Assembly: GCF_006345805.1 (NCBI RefSeq)
Contig: NC_043005.1
Span: 5,580,001 to 5,644,000 of the forward strand
Length of the DNA: 64,000 bases
Direction: 5' to 3'
Source of the DNA: Octopus sinensis
Taxonomy: Eukaryota
In this document: in pieces, positions 39,000 to 52,197 of the stretch
How positions within the stretch are numbered: the stretch's first letter is position 1
Layout: the number at the start of each line of letters is the position of its first letter
The notes under the pieces: model-generated
Told to the model about the DNA's origin: nothing
Seen by the model: the letters and a program-made list of their open reading frames with translations, nothing else
Database searches by the model: none
Made by a program: the position numbers and the translations under genes

Positions 39000-40095
39000 A
39001 TTAACTGTCATAGGTAGTTCAAACTACACATGTTGGTAGAGTAACACTTCCTCTATAAAGCTCTTCTTCCTGTTCTTCATTGCAAGCAAATAATGGCATC
39101 CAAACAGAAAAAAATATGCCATCATTGAGTTGTTGATGAAGAGGTGCAAGCTTTCCAACACACAGAAGGCTACGGGTTGTTTATGAAAAGTGACACCTTT
39201 TGACAAAAGCAACGTTTTCAGATCTGCTACCACTGACACAAATCATCAATGAGTGAATGAATTGATTTGTGCAGATTGATTGTTTTGCTATCTGTGAGCT
39301 TGCTGCACAACTGGACTTAGTCAAAATGCATTACAGAAAATAGTGGAGGACTTCGGGTATTGGAAAGTGTGTGCTAAGTGAGTACCTCAGCTGTTGGCAC
39401 CTGATTTCAAGGAGAGAAAGGTGGAAGTAGCTCTGATCTGCTGGAAGCATTTTAAGCCAATGAGGACATGTTTTTTCTAACATAGTGACAGAAGATGAAA
39501 AGTATCTTTATGATCCAGAAATAAAGACTCAGACCATGGAATGGTATCACACTTCTTCTCCAAGATCTGAGAGCCAGCAATCTACATATGGTGATTGTTT
39601 TTCAGAATGACAAGGGAGTCGTTGTCTTTGATTTTCTGGAATACAGCTGTATATGTGAACAGTGATCAGTACATTTAGACATTTAACAGTTTAGGGAAGC
39701 CATTAAACTAGTCATGTTCACTATGACAATGCACAGCCACACACATTTCTGATAACAAATCATCCAATCAGTAAATTGGGCTGGTCAGTGGTCTCCTATT
39801 TACCATACATCCTGAATCTGATTCGCCCTGACTTCTACTTGTTTAGTCCAATGAAAGGCAGTTTTGGGGGACAATGATTTGATGACATAGATGAGGTGAA
39901 AGTGTACACTTCTGAATTTTTTCAAAAAGGATTTGAGTGTTGGAGTCTATGAGAGTGCAAACACCTCATCTGTGATGAAATCAAATAGTATCATTGTTTA
40001 GATGAAAATTTATTCTACCACTATGTGCAGTTTGAACAATCTATGTCAATTAATGAATCAGGTTATGCCTACTTTTGTATTACTTTCAGTACAAT
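39000..40095 (+). mobile_element. Decayed mariner transposase (third family)
   Basis: MASKQKKYAIIELL from 39093; KVCAK*VPQLL; IVTEDE..YDPEIKTQTMEW; HYDNAQPH; PDFYLFSPMK; many disruptions. Confidence 0.75.
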
Positions 40096-40372
40096 CATTA
40101 TATTAAACAAACTCTTCAATCCATCTAAGGCTGCATCTATTCCTGACTCAGATTATTTAATTTTAAAGTGTTCATATTTAAATCAAGAACCATATTCTCT
40201 ACATTCTATGAAAGTACCTTTTATTGAGTTATGTTCCAAACAACTCTAACAACTTATTTTATTAAACAGTTTTTTTCAATAGTAATTTAAAGATTTTGGC
40301 AATGTATTTTGTTATTATGATAATGAAATTTTTTTTACATGTTACATGAAGTCTGGTTGGAATGTTTCTTAC

Positions 40373-40450
40373 CTTTTTTCCAAAAGCCCCATTTATCTGA
40401 AGATGCCGTAGGTAAGAAGGGAAGAATTTGTTTTTTGGCAGTTTGTGCCA
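40373..40450 (-). CDS. LRR gene exon E
   Basis: ctgttttcag acceptor, AAG/gtaaga donor; 78 nt, phase 0-0; WHKLPKNKFFPSYLRHLQINGAFGKK. Confidence 0.85.
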
Positions 40451-41054
40451 CTGAAAACAGATAATGGTATTTTAACCATTATATAAACAAATATAGAGAG
40501 ACTATCATAGATATGCAAATACATTCATACATAACAGAATGAAATTCATAACTAATATTGGTTATTCTGCAAAATGCTTCAGGTTACTTTACTACAAGTA
40601 TAACTGGTGGTTTTCTTTATGTAATCAAAGGTGCCCTACTTTTTCCTGAAGTTAGTTATTTCCTACTCTTCTCCAACTCTGCCAACTCATGAATCATTGG
40701 TCATCCCCACCCCTTATCCACCATTCCTTACATTCACCTTTCAACCCAACCCAATCTTTACAAATATCCCCTTCCTCCTTCATCCATTTCCCCATTTTTC
40801 ACTCCCCATGCACTCTTGCAACTTCTACTCACCAACAGTTCTGGTTCCTCTGTCTCCTCTTGCTTCTACTTACTTTATACCTTCAGTGTCCACCCAAGCA
40901 TCACATTACTGTTATTTTTATCTCTTCCCAGTTCTCTCACAAATCACCCCCACCTTCTCTTCTAAAATATAAATAAAGAAACTTGCTCAACTCTAGCTCA
41001 TTTTTTCATGCTTTAACCTCTCATCTCCAGGCCAGGCATAACTCCATCCCGTTG

Positions 41055-41295
41055 GAGTTCATAGTCTTCAAGCTGCATGGCAACCTCTTTAGTGCTGGTG
41101 CCATGAAAAAAAAAGCACCTAGCACATGCTGTAAGGTAGTTGGTATTAGGAAGGGCATCCAACTGTAGAAATCATGCTATAAGCAGACACCACAGCATGA
41201 TGCAGTTCTTGGACCCAACAAATTTTGTCAAATCATTCAACCAATGCCTGCATGAAACATTGATGTTAAGAGATGATGATGATGAAGATAATGAT
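41055..41295 (+). mobile_element. Abundant repeat ending in (TGA)n, resembling an RTE-LINE 3' tail
   Basis: TTAGGAAGGGCATCCARCTGTAGAAA...CATGC.AGCATGG..GACRTTAAATGATGATG; more than 10 copies (e.g. 1020-1200, 5190-5380, 14560-14725, 47980-48210 on +; 9180-9350, 15795-16100, 18430-18680, 36485-36660 on -). Confidence 0.65.
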
Positions 41296-41769
41296 GCTGG
41301 ACTAATCCTCAATATGTCACTGCAGTCTTGTCTGTGCTTTTTTCTATTTTTCTTTTACCTGTTTGCACATGGTAATTGTGAGTTGTTGTGGAGTCAGGTG
41401 ATTATTCCAAGCAATCATTACCTAAACAGAATATGAGTAATTTAACAAATAGAAAAGCCAATATTTATTATAATGTATATCTAGGGTTGATTACTTTATT
41501 AAATATGCAAATGGTAACCTTGAAAAGCTGATGCGGCAATCCACTATATCAGAAAGATTAATTACTGAACTTCAACATTAAATTGTATGAACTTATTGTT
41601 AGTAATTCAAGATTTCACTCAGTCACAATCATTCAGATTGATTTCCTGTTTGAAGACACCATCTTCTCTCCTTCCCGCTGGTCTTGATAGACACTCCCAA
41701 CCACCTGGCTAAATGATAAAAATAGCAGCACAAATAAATATAACAAGAAGAACATTTGGTATAACTTAC

Positions 41770-41831
41770 TAGTGCTAGTCCTTGTTCCTTTGCCATCTTA
41801 AACAGTTGTTCAACTTCCAGATGTTCACTGG
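41770..41831 (-). CDS. LRR gene exon D
   Basis: tttcag acceptor, /gtaagt donor; phase 1-0; ASEHLEVEQLFKMAKEQGLAL. Confidence 0.82.
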
Positions 41832-42456
41832 CTGAAATTCAAAGTTTTAGAGTAATAGTGCTAAAGCTCAAGTATAAACAAAAACAAACATGCACATGCA
41901 TACATACAAGTGTGTGTGTCTGTGTGTTTGTATGTATATGGGTACCAGTGTCCTGGTTTCTAAACTGAATAGATCATGTGCTCACAGCCCAAAAATTCTT
42001 GGAGACACAAGGTACATTATAAAAACTTGCATAGACCTATATATATATATGTATATGTATATGTATATTCTGTTGTGTATGGGGAGAGTCATTTTCTTTT
42101 CATGCCTTATAATTTAACACACTCACCAGTAAAATTTCCACTTATTTCTTATTTTTATTTTCCTAAAATTTTTGTTGCATCTTGCAACCTTTTCAATAGT
42201 CTTGACTCTGTCCGTTATTTACACTGCGTTCCCTTATTTTTGTTTGTGCGCATGTGTATGGGTCAGTGTGTGTGTGTGTGCATGCCTATGCATGCATGCA
42301 TGTACGTATGTGTATGTATGTATGTATACATGCATACATGCATACATACATACATAAATACATACATACATACATGCATACATACATACATACATATATA
42401 TATATATATACAGAGAGAGAGGGAGTGATAAAGAAAGTGAGAGAGAGAAATAAATT

Positions 42457-42492
<36 letters not shown>

Positions 42493-43329
42493 TAGAATGC
42501 ATAAGTACTGATACAACTGTGGTTAAAGAAGTTCTCTTGAGATCTCCTCACAATCAAATGATGATGATTATTATTTCATAACTATACTTCACCTTTGTTT
42601 CTCTCGCTCTCTAACCATATTTTTAGAATCTGTGACTAAGATATCCATAATAAACCATTCGTTGTATATAAATTTGACAAGTATCAATACAGGTCATTTA
42701 ACTTAGTCTGCAGTTTGAATGTTCAAGGTGTTTCATAATCCAACTGCTGTTTGGTTTTCTGATAAAACGCCTCAAATTTATTGATAATTTATTTTTTTAG
42801 ATAACAATTGTTATGATCTTTTTTTAAATCTAGGACAGCTGAAAGAAACATGCATAGTCTTGAACAATCAATCAGTTGACTTGTTATGGGTTCAACACAA
42901 ACATTATGGGTTCAAGTATTGTTGCTTCAAACAAAGCACTTGATTCCATCGCTCATGACTGATTGATAAAGATTTAATTGCCAGTGGGTTTAAACAAACT
43001 GATCACAAGCATGCTTCAGTTGCTACAACAATAGCTTTTCACTATTTTGAATTAGTTGTATACCATCTCCCAAACAGGTCCATGCATTCGTTTTGACCTG
43101 AGAAAGATAGTTAGTAGTACAGGAGATTAAATGACACCATGCAATCCCTCATTATGCAGGCTTTGTGATGAGAAACAGAGAGGAGTAGTGAACAGCAGAG
43201 GTAGCAACAAGATATGAAAGAGATCAAATAAACACAAGAAATACTAGATGAAGGCAGAGTGGGTTCAAAATGAGTGAAAGATACAGATATATGTTGATGT
43301 GTATTTGTGTGTATATATATATATAGATC

Positions 43330-43510
43330 GCTACCCACTACACATTCTTTATTTTCTCTCCTTGTTTCTTTCTGTGTTCCATTCTGAGGAAGAGCATAGG
43401 CTCGAAGCGTTAAAGACTTTTTCAAAATTCCTGAGCGTTATACTAATACATCTGTTTGTTGTCTACACCACCTGTCTTCGTCTTTTGTTTTGTGAATTCT
43501 CCATAGATAT
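43330..43510 (+). mobile_element. Solo PLE terminal repeat
   Basis: Similar to 14095-14225 (gaagagc.taggctc...acctgtcttcgtcttttgtttt). Confidence 0.7.
43380..43415 (+). ncRNA. Minimal hammerhead motif in a solo PLE terminal repeat
   Basis: CTGAGGA-A-GAGC(ATAG)GCTC-GAAGC-GTT-AAAG; same family as 14106-14141. Confidence 0.55.
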
Positions 43511-43541
43511 ATATATAATATAAATAATATAGAAATATATG

Positions 43542-43588
<47 letters not shown>

Positions 43589-43700
43589 TGATCACCGTGA
43601 CCGACCAGGCTATCAGATGTTGCTACACATCGCTGGTCACAATGCACTTCGCATTGTTTTAGCTTTGAAATGACGCCACCCCACTGGCTAAGTGAGCAGG

Positions 43701-43739
<39 letters not shown>

Positions 43740-44119
43740 CATATATATATATACAGAGGGGGAGAGAGATGTGTGTATATGTATCTTTTATTTTTTACTT
43801 GCTTCAGTTATTGTGGCCATGCTGGAGCACCACCTTGAAAAGTTTTAGTCAAACAAATTCACTCTAGTACTTAGGTTTATTTAAGTCTGATACTTATTCT
43901 GTTGTTCTTTTTTGCTGAACTGGTAAGTTACAGGGACATAAACAAACTAAGTAGTGGTGATGGGCCTGACAAACACACACACACACATGCACGCACGCAC
44001 GCACACACACACACACACGCACGCACATATGCACGCACACACACACACACACACATACACACACACACACACAACAGGCTTTCATATGGTTTCCATCTAC
44101 CAAACTTACTCATATGGTA

Positions 44120-44983
44120 TGAGGTGGTATCTAAAAGTTCCTGTACTAGTTACGTTTACGCAAAAATAACTTATTTACCCAAGTTTTAACATCATCTCCT
44201 TCGAAATAGCCACCTTGTGCAGCAATACACCAGTCCCGTCATTCCTGCCACTTTTTCCTGTGAGTTGAGGGCCTTCTGTGATTTGCTCTGGATATCATCA
44301 ATGGTATTAAAACAACAATCTTTGAGCTGACGTTTCATCTTGGGGAAGCAACAGAAGCCTGCAGGTGCTAAATCTGGCAAATAGGGTGGATGCAGAAGTG
44401 ATACCATGTTGTTTTTGGTGAGAAACTTGCAACTGACAAGAGGTCAGTGATGCCACATGTTCAATTCAGATATTAGGATTGCTCCCACAAACCCATATGA
44501 CAGACGAACAACATCAGCAATGTTGTGGATGTTCCTCTGACTATCCTCAAGCTGATGAATTTTCTCTAAATTTCTACGGGTGATGCTTGTGGCAGGTCTT
44601 TCAGATCACTCATTGACTTCCAAGAATGTTCTTCAGCTTTTGATGCACCTGTACCACTTGAGATGTAGTGTACAACCCATTGCTTTGTCACCATAAGCTT
44701 GCTGAAGCATGTGCACTGTCTCTGCAGCAGATTTCTCAAGTTTAATGCAAAATTTCATGTTAGCTCTTTGTTCCCACTTCCTGTCCGTGACAAAAATAGC
44801 AGACTACAGCACACACATAATCACAGAAACATGGATTTCACAACTTGCAAAGTAAATACACAAATGTTACTTGGCACACGGCCTCATGGAGGTCACTGCT
44901 AGCTCTCAAAGCACATGCAACCATCTGCTGCCATCTTTTGGCATGCTACAGAACTAGTTCAGAAACTTCTTGATACCACCTCA
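44120..44983 (-). mobile_element. Internally deleted copy of the 34842-36133 mariner family
   Basis: TA/TGAGGTGGTATC...GATACCACCTCA/TA; HPPYLPDLAPAGF motif; 864 bp. Confidence 0.88.
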
Positions 44984-45147
44984 TATTGGTTGACCTAGGA
45001 CTATAGTAGAAGACACAAACATACATGCACACATACATACATACATACATACATACATACATACATACATACATACACACACACACATACATACATACAT
45101 ACATACATACATACATACATACATACACACACACATACATACATACA

Positions 45148-45183
<36 letters not shown>

Positions 45184-45998
45184 TTTTTGTGTCTCCTTGC
45201 CTTGACATTACCTAATAGTTGTAAACTAGCAACCTCTGCCACAGAAGTGATCTCATTTATTTCCAATCCTGTGTGAAAATATGTCAACTCATACAAAAAT
45301 ATTACCTTACTTGGAAACAGGTGATGGCTGGCAACATGAAAGGTATCTGGTTATAAAAAATTTCTACCTCAAAGAATTCCATCTGGCCAATGCAAGCATG
45401 AAAAAGTGGACATTAAAAACGATGATGATGATGATGACCTATATTACAGAAAAGTATTTCTAAAGCTAATACAATACCTTCTCTATATCTCTGAGAGTAG
45501 ATCCAAGTACATTTCACAAAGATATAAAATACTATTTCCCAGGTATCAAGAGGCTAATTCTTTTTTTAACTCAGTATTGGCCTCTTGACACCAAAACAGA
45601 CTCTGTGGTATTTATATATATTTAGTTAGTTTTGTTTAACTTAGTAAAATCTATTTTCAGTGAGTGATTTCCTCTCAGGATTAATGACTAACTCTTCTGC
45701 CTTGTGATTAAGTTATTAAGTATGCTGCAGAGACGCCGGTGACACACACTTTTGATACCATGCCTAGCTTTATGTTACAAACTTCCTGTTTCAAAGCGAT
45801 CTAAAAACTTCCATCAAAATTTTATTTAATTTTTGCCCTAAATGCCATTTCAATAATGACAAAATTAATTCACTAAATTCTTGAATGAATCATCACTGAA
45901 TAATTTTGTCTGAGATACACTTTACTAGGAAAGATGTGATAGTCATAGTTGGAACACCTTTGTTCATCAATATTCTCAGTCATGGCTAAACGACATAC

Positions 45999-46061
45999 CT
46001 GTGACCAGTTTTCCATCCAGCATCCATACATTAGGTAGACTGTCAATCAAGTGAATACGAT
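45999..46061 (-). CDS. LRR gene exon C (LRR-cap)
   Basis: tttttcag acceptor, G/gtatgt donor; phase 1-1; joins exon B to give YRIHLIDSLPNVWMLDG, the YRxxVxxxLPxLxxLD LRR-cap pattern. Confidence 0.92.
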
Positions 46062-47336
46062 CTGAAAAACGGAGAGAAATTCCACACTTAGTTGTAAATG
46101 ATAAACAATTGTTTTTAAACTCACATTTCACAGTCATCATTGCCATAAAGATGGTGAATTAGTAGAGTGGTTAGAGCACTGAATAAAATGCCTCATGACA
46201 TTTGTTCAGACTCAAATTTTGCTCAAGTCCACTTTGCTTTTTATTCTTTCAGGGTCCCTAAAAATGTACTAATCCATGGTTGTAGATTGATAGAACTGTA
46301 ATGTCGGACCAAATGCTTTGTGGTACTTGTTCCAGCGCTTTGCGTTCTAAGTTCAAATCCCACCATAACCTATTTAGGTGACAAGCAATTTGTTGCCCAG
46401 TTTAACACCGACACCTGGTACCTTTAGCTGAATTCAATATTTTGCAAGCATTTAGGTCAGGTCCCCAATTCAAAGAAATCTTCCTTCTTCCCTCCTACCT
46501 GTTTCAAAGGGTCATGGACACCCATCCCCAAAAAGAAATTTGGGTTTTGTGTCTATACTAAAAATCATTATTGTTGTTATTTAATTTCAGGTCTAATACT
46601 GATTAATTCTTATGATACCAACCCACCTGAGACCATCACTGGTTTTATGATACAAACTGCCTGTTTTAAAATGAGCTAAATTTAACATCAAAATTTTATA
46701 TTTATTTGTGCTCCAAATACCAGCATAATAATAATTTCTAATATAAGCACGAGCCCTGAGGCCTTCAGGAGGGGGCTAATTGATTATGTTGACTCCAGTA
46801 CCTGACTGGTATTTTATTTTGTCAACCCCAAAAACATGAAAGGTAAAGTTTACCTCAGATACTCAGAACTTAAAGTTTTGGAATAACTATCACAAGGTAC
46901 TATTTCTGATGCTCTAATGGATCTGCCAGATTACCGTCTTATGCACCAACTTAATAACATCAGAGTTATTTTAGTAAATTCTTCATTATTTCCAAAATCA
47001 ATTAAAACAAAGGCAGTAGACTTCAACAGAAATATCGAAACAAAAGCGTTAAGCAAACTCATGATCAAAAGTATTCCCACTGTGACCATCTCTTCTTTTT
47101 TGCCCCTTTTTTTCAGGTGTAATATATCTAAAATGACATTTTCTAATGTATCTTTTTTTTTTAAGACATTAAGATATGATATGAGAGAGATTTGACTGCT
47201 ATTTCTCACAAGTCAAATGAGTAACTACATAAAGACTGCAATCATTGGTTCCTTATTATTGTTTTGTCATTGGTGGTGGTGGTGGTAGCAGTGGCAGTAA
47301 TAACAAAAGTAAAGAAGAATATACATATATACTTAC

Positions 47337-47493
47337 AGAGTTTTTCTTTCTCTAAGTTTGGATTACCAAAAAGCATCAGGTCCAGTATTTGAATGTGTCT
47401 AATTTTTAATAATTCTGACCAAGAAACTTGATTGTGAGACAAGTTGAGGCAACCCAGAGCAATGAAGGGTGTTAAACCATCTAGACATGTAAT
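47337..47493 (-). CDS. LRR gene exon B
   Basis: ttttcag acceptor, T/gtaagt donor; 52 codons + 1 nt; LGCLNLSHNQV and ILDLMLFGNP LRR motifs. Confidence 0.92.
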
Positions 47494-48920
47494 CTGAAAA
47501 GAAAACATTTTGTGATCCTGAGCAGTGTCTTGTTGGCCAGAAGCACAGAAATAAATTAGTTATGCATTTAGACCAGTGTTTCTTAACATTTTTGATACTA
47601 TCTCACCTGACACTGTTCCTAGTTCTACAATACTAACTTTCTATTTTAAGGTGATCTAGATTTTAAATCTTCCATCAAAATTTCATGGTAATTTATGCTC
47701 AAAACACCATTTTCCTAATGGCAAAGTTGTTTTGTTAAATTCTTTATTTTCAAAATTAATTGAAACAAAGGAAGAATGTCTCAATAGGAATATGGTAATA
47801 AAAGGATGAAACTTTTTTAAGTCTTCCATCCACTCTTTATACTGTGAATAACCATGCAGGTCCTCCACAGTAAGAAACATGTTCTGTTCTGGCCCTATCT
47901 TCCATTAACCACCTTACCTACAAGGATAAAGCCACCTCTTTCTCTCTACTATTGTTCCACTCATAGTTCCACTCAGTCAAAGGGGATTTCAGTCTTGCAA
48001 ACTGCATGGTAACCTCGCTAGTGCTGGTGTTAAAAAAAATCATCTCAGTATCCTCTGAAAGTGGTTAGCATTAGGAAGGGCATCCAATCATAGAAAAAAT
48101 GGCAAAACAGACATGAGTGCATAATGCAATCCTTGGATCTGTCAGATCTACTGAAACTGTCCAGCCCATGCCAGCATAGGAGATAGACATTAAAAGAAGG
48201 TGATGATAATGATGCCCTCTTTTCTTTTATTGACACTTTTTCTATGCCCCCTTGTTATACTTCAATGCCCTCTATCCACTCGCCCATTTGTAATGACCAT
48301 ACACGTAATATTATCACACCAAAATAATTTAGTTCTGGTCACTAGTTTGACACAAGTAACCATTTACTATAAACTTAGTTCATTTATTTCCATTTCAACA
48401 TCCATTATTCGTTGATGTTGTTATTGTTATTGGTGATGTGGTTGTGGCTGATAAGCAGTTGATCATATTATTACATTTAGAATTTTTGTCTTGCCTAATT
48501 TTTAAATAGGAGACTAGAAAAAGGAACTGTATAGGTGTATCTGTCATCTTCCCACTTCCTTCCTTTGTCCCTGATAGTCATATAAGATTTTCCAACAATA
48601 TCTGGCTGGAGGGAACAGTATCACCCACTTTGAGAAGCTCTGATTCAGAGTAAATACCACAACTTTTCATCAATTTTGAAAGGAAGAGTATATTGAATCC
48701 TTCTACATCCAAATTCTACTGCATATGAAAAAAGACAACAAATCTGTTCAATCAAGGCTATATACCAAACTGAGAAAATAATCTTTAGACTACTATATAA
48801 ACCAGGAACAACCAATATTTGTAAGATGTGCTAGAGATGGTTAAACCTCTCCCCAAACCCATATAAATCAGGAACAATTGATATTTGCTTGATGTGCTTA
48901 AGATAACCAAACATGAATAC

Positions 48921-49048
48921 CTTGTTAAAACTCAGATCCACTTTCCAAAGATTTTGATAGAAAGCAATGTTGCTAATATCTTCAATGTGATTCTGACTCA
49001 AGTCGAGGACCTCAAGCTGTTGGTAGTTTTCCAAGCTTTTCATGAATG
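48921..49048 (-). CDS. LRR gene exon A (LRR repeats)
   Basis: Pyrimidine tract + tgtaag acceptor; AAG/gtattc donor; 2 nt + 42 codons; LxxLxLxxNxI motifs LEVLDLSQNHI and LWKVDLSFNKI. Confidence 0.92.
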
Positions 49049-49126
49049 CTTACAGAAACAAAAGAAAAAGAAAAGGAAATATTAATTAATCAAGCACATT
49101 TACACATATATATATATATACATATA

Positions 49127-49315
49127 GGCACAGGCGAGGCTGTGCAGTAAGTAGCTTGCTTACCAACCACATGGTTCTGGGTTCAGTCCTACTGCATGGC
49201 ACCTTGGGCAAGTGTCTTCTAATATAGCCTCAGGCCAACCAAAGCCTTGTGAGGGAATTTGGTGGATGGAAACTGAAAGTAGCCCATTGTATGTATGTAT
49301 ATGTGTGTGTGTGTG

Positions 49316-49352
<37 letters not shown>

Positions 49353-49530
49353 CATGTGTTTGTGTGTCTGTGTTTGTTCCCTCAGCGATACTGGTGTGTT
49401 TACATCCCCATAACTTAGAGGTTTGGCAAAAGAGACCGATAGAATAAGTTCTGGGGTCGATTTGTTTGACTAAAGGCTGTGCTCCAGCATGGCCACAGTC
49501 AAATGACTGAAACAAATAAAAGAATAAAAA
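49127..49530 (+). mobile_element. SINE family A copy
   Basis: Same head, core and tail as 53595-54010. Confidence 0.85.
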
Positions 49531-49615
49531 AATATTAAGAAAATTTTTATACATGTATGTATGTGTGTATCTATGTATGTATCTATGTATGTATGTATGT
49601 ATGTATGTATGTATG

Positions 49616-49646
<31 letters not shown>

Positions 49647-49800
49647 ATATATGGGGTTTCCAGAAATATCTGTCCCAAAAACTATATAGAAACCTCCTTG
49701 AAGACACATCAAAGAACGAGGAAGCCAAAACTTTCGACACAAGTAAGTAACTCTCTGTACTTTCATTTGTGTGTTTTAAAGCACACACCCCAATAGAATC

Positions 49801-52197
49801 ATGGTCAAGATTGGTTGTGTGAATGCGCGTGGCTTGGGGTCTCCTTGGAAACAAGGATACCTCCTAAATGACATCAAGTCACATGATTTGGGAATCATAG
49901 CCATAAGTGAGACCAGACTCCACGAGCCACGGGCCCTAAAGTCCATGTTTGGCGGACAGTTTAACATTTATTTCGCTCCCTGTCTGCCGAGGATGGGCGG
50001 TAGTGGCACCGCGGTACTTTTTCACAAGAGCCTGGATCTCGAAGTCAAGACGATATTCGTAGACCCGGAGGGTAGACTGATCGTTCTGGATGTTGACGGC
50101 AGCAATGGGTGCGCTTTTCGACTCATATCAGTCTACGCACCGCCCTTAACAGGTCGGGCGGATTTCTTTCGACGTCTAGAAGTATTCTTGGGAACGTCTC
50201 ATCCTTTACTCTTAGTGGGGGATTGGAATGCTACCTTGGACACGCATGTAGACTACGTGGGTAGAGACAGAAACAGAAGGGGATGCAAATGCCTCAGAGA
50301 CCTGCTCAGACGATTCCAACTGTCTGACAGGTACCGACTCGACCACCCAAATGCACCAACGTGGACATGGAGCAACCGCAGTGGGTCGTCGAGATCGTAT
50401 CTAGATAGGATACTGTGTAGGACAGTAGACAAGGATAACTTAGGATGTCCACAATTCCACACAGTCAGCTACACGGATCACAAATTGGTGACGTGTACGC
50501 TAGACTTAGATAAGGCACATAGACAGGGTCCTGGGTACTGGAAACTGAACGCATCATTCCCGTCCAGACAAGTTTTCAGAGACCGGATTAGCACACTAGT
50601 AAAGAGGGCTTTGACGGGAGCCATCATCAACAACAAATGGTGGTTTGCCCTCAAGAGAGCTGTAAAAGCAGAAGCGATTAGGTACAGCAAAGCACTAGCC
50701 ATAGATAGAAATAGAGTAGAGGGTGAGCTAGTTAAGAAGCTAGAAGAGGCAATTAGAAGCGGCATCGCATCCGACGTTTTGGCGGCGAGGTTGGCCCTCG
50801 ACCAACACTTCAACGCCAAACACGAAGGATGTGCTGTCAGAGCTAGGATGCGTGCTCTAAGGAACGAAGGTGTTGGAGCCGCGAGAGAGGCCCGGGTGAC
50901 AGAGGCGCAACAGGGCAACAAAGCCACCATTCGGTCACTGGTAGATGAACAGGGGCGCGAATTGCTCGAGCCAAGTAAAATGTGTGAGGCCTTTCAGCAG
51001 CATTTTGCCCAACTGTTCGGGACGAGTGGAGGGCAAGAACGTAGGATAGACTTCAGTGCCTACCTACATAGCCTGCCACAACTCTCGACAAGAAAGGCAG
51101 GGTGCTGCGAAGGTGCCATCACGGCGGCGGAAGTGCGGGAAGCGATGGCAGAATGCTCGAGGGACAAATCACCGGGTTTGGATGGTCTACCCTACGAATT
51201 TTACTATTGTATGCCAGACTTGTTTGGAGACGTCTTGGCAGCGGTATACTGCAACTGGCAGCAAAACGGGAGCATACCCGGTTTTGTGAGTCGAGGAGCT
51301 GTAACTCTGCTGAAGAAAGATCCAAACAAGGGAAACATTATAGATAACTTTAGGCCAATCACTCTGCTCAATGCAGACCTGAAAATTTTGACAAAGGTGT
51401 TAGCCAAGAGGTTGGCGCTTGTCATCGAGAAACTGGTCGACAACGCACAAACGTGCGCCGTGCCGGGCCGGAGCATCCATGACAACCTCCATCTGATGCG
51501 CTACATCATAGACAGGGTAGTTAACGAACCTGGCATGGGTGGGGCCCTGATCAACTTGGATCAATCGAAAGCCTTTGATAGGGTAGACCATCGATACTTG
51601 GAGGCAGTCCTGAGAGCGGCTGGTTTCGGTCCCGTCTTCCACGGCTGGATAGCTGCCTTGTACAGAGGCATTCGTTCGGTAATTCGCGTAAATGGACATC
51701 TATCGAGACCCTTCGACATTGCACGTTCGGTCCGTCAGGGATGCCCCCTCTCGGCGCTTCTATACGTATTGACTCTTGAGCCACTACTGCGGAAGCTGGC
51801 GACTCTGAGGGGCATCCCGCGAGAATTAGGATGCGGGACGAGCGTGTCTGCATACGCGGACGACGTCACCGTCATAGTGTCAAGCCACGAGCACATCGAG
51901 CGGGTCGGCGAGACACTGAAAGACTACGAAGCGGTGACAGGAGCAAAAATCAACCCGGAAAAGTCAGTGGGCTTGCGGCTCGGCACCTGGAGAAGCAAAC
52001 CCATGCCGTCCACCAGTACCTCCGTCGTGGGACGCTGGACAGACGGCCCGGTTGAGTTGCTCGGGGTCTGGTTCGGTCCGGACCTCCAAATGGAGAAGAA
52101 CTTGAACGAGAAAACGAGTAGGGTGGTCACTCTCGCCCAGCAATGGGCCGAGAGGAAACTGTCCCTAAAAGGTCGGGCTCTATGTAGACGACGGTGA
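49801..52197 (+). CDS. Tx1-like ORF2: APE endonuclease + reverse transcriptase
   Basis: VNARG, SETR, GDWN, SYLDRI, YTDH (APE residues); GYWKLN; FRPITLLNADLKILTKVLAKRL; DQSKAFDRVDH; RQGCPLS; YADD; goes out of frame after KLSLKGR. Confidence 0.95.
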   Translation: MVKIGCVNARGLGSPWKQGYLLNDIKSHDLGIIAISETRLHEPRALKSMFGGQFNIYFAPCLPRMGGSGTAVLFHKSLDLEVKTIFVDPEGRLIVLDVDGSNGCAFRLISVYAPPLTGRADFFRRLEVFLGTSHPLLLVGDWNATLDTHVDYVGRDRNRRGCKCLRDLLRRFQLSDRYRLDHPNAPTWTWSNRSGSSRSYLDRILCRTVDKDNLGCPQFHTVSYTDHKLVTCTLDLDKAHRQGPGYWKLNASFPSRQVFRDRISTLVKRALTGAIINNKWWFALKRAVKAEAIRYSKALAIDRNRVEGELVKKLEEAIRSGIASDVLAARLALDQHFNAKHEGCAVRARMRALRNEGVGAAREARVTEAQQGNKATIRSLVDEQGRELLEPSKMCEAFQQHFAQLFGTSGGQERRIDFSAYLHSLPQLSTRKAGCCEGAITAAEVREAMAECSRDKSPGLDGLPYEFYYCMPDLFGDVLAAVYCNWQQNGSIPGFVSRGAVTLLKKDPNKGNIIDNFRPITLLNADLKILTKVLAKRLALVIEKLVDNAQTCAVPGRSIHDNLHLMRYIIDRVVNEPGMGGALINLDQSKAFDRVDHRYLEAVLRAAGFGPVFHGWIAALYRGIRSVIRVNGHLSRPFDIARSVRQGCPLSALLYVLTLEPLLRKLATLRGIPRELGCGTSVSAYADDVTVIVSSHEHIERVGETLKDYEAVTGAKINPEKSVGLRLGTWRSKPMPSTSTSVVGRWTDGPVELLGVWFGPDLQMEKNLNEKTSRVVTLAQQWAERKLSLKGRALCRRR

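Larger units (their letters stand above)
16846..49048 (-). other. Multi-exon gene (reconstructed span; true 5' and 3' ends uncertain) encoding an uncharacterised LRR + LRR-cap protein
   Basis: 15 GT-AG exons with matching phases give one continuous ORF: (x)FMKSLENYQQLEVLDLSQNHIEDISNIAFYQNLWKVDLSFNK/ITCLDGLTPFIALGCLNLSHNQVSWSELLKIRHIQILDLMLFGNPNLEKEKLY/RIHLIDSLPNVWMLDGKLVTA/SEHLEVEQLFKMAKEQGLAL/WHKLPKNKFFPSYLRHLQINGAFGKK/ACHLLMRFPQKTSLNSE/IDRKRLKYLAYSMQGNLQLELNR/TEKLEIYQNIFEGLLEARQQNQENSNILFLLLL/VSLEFHLPTQVIVDMLALTSLHKYG/NHLSIDLFLLPRTIRCLVVILLLNAIKVDNEEDS/EEGIYDDLFLYVYNNVPDLLKL... Confidence 0.85.
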
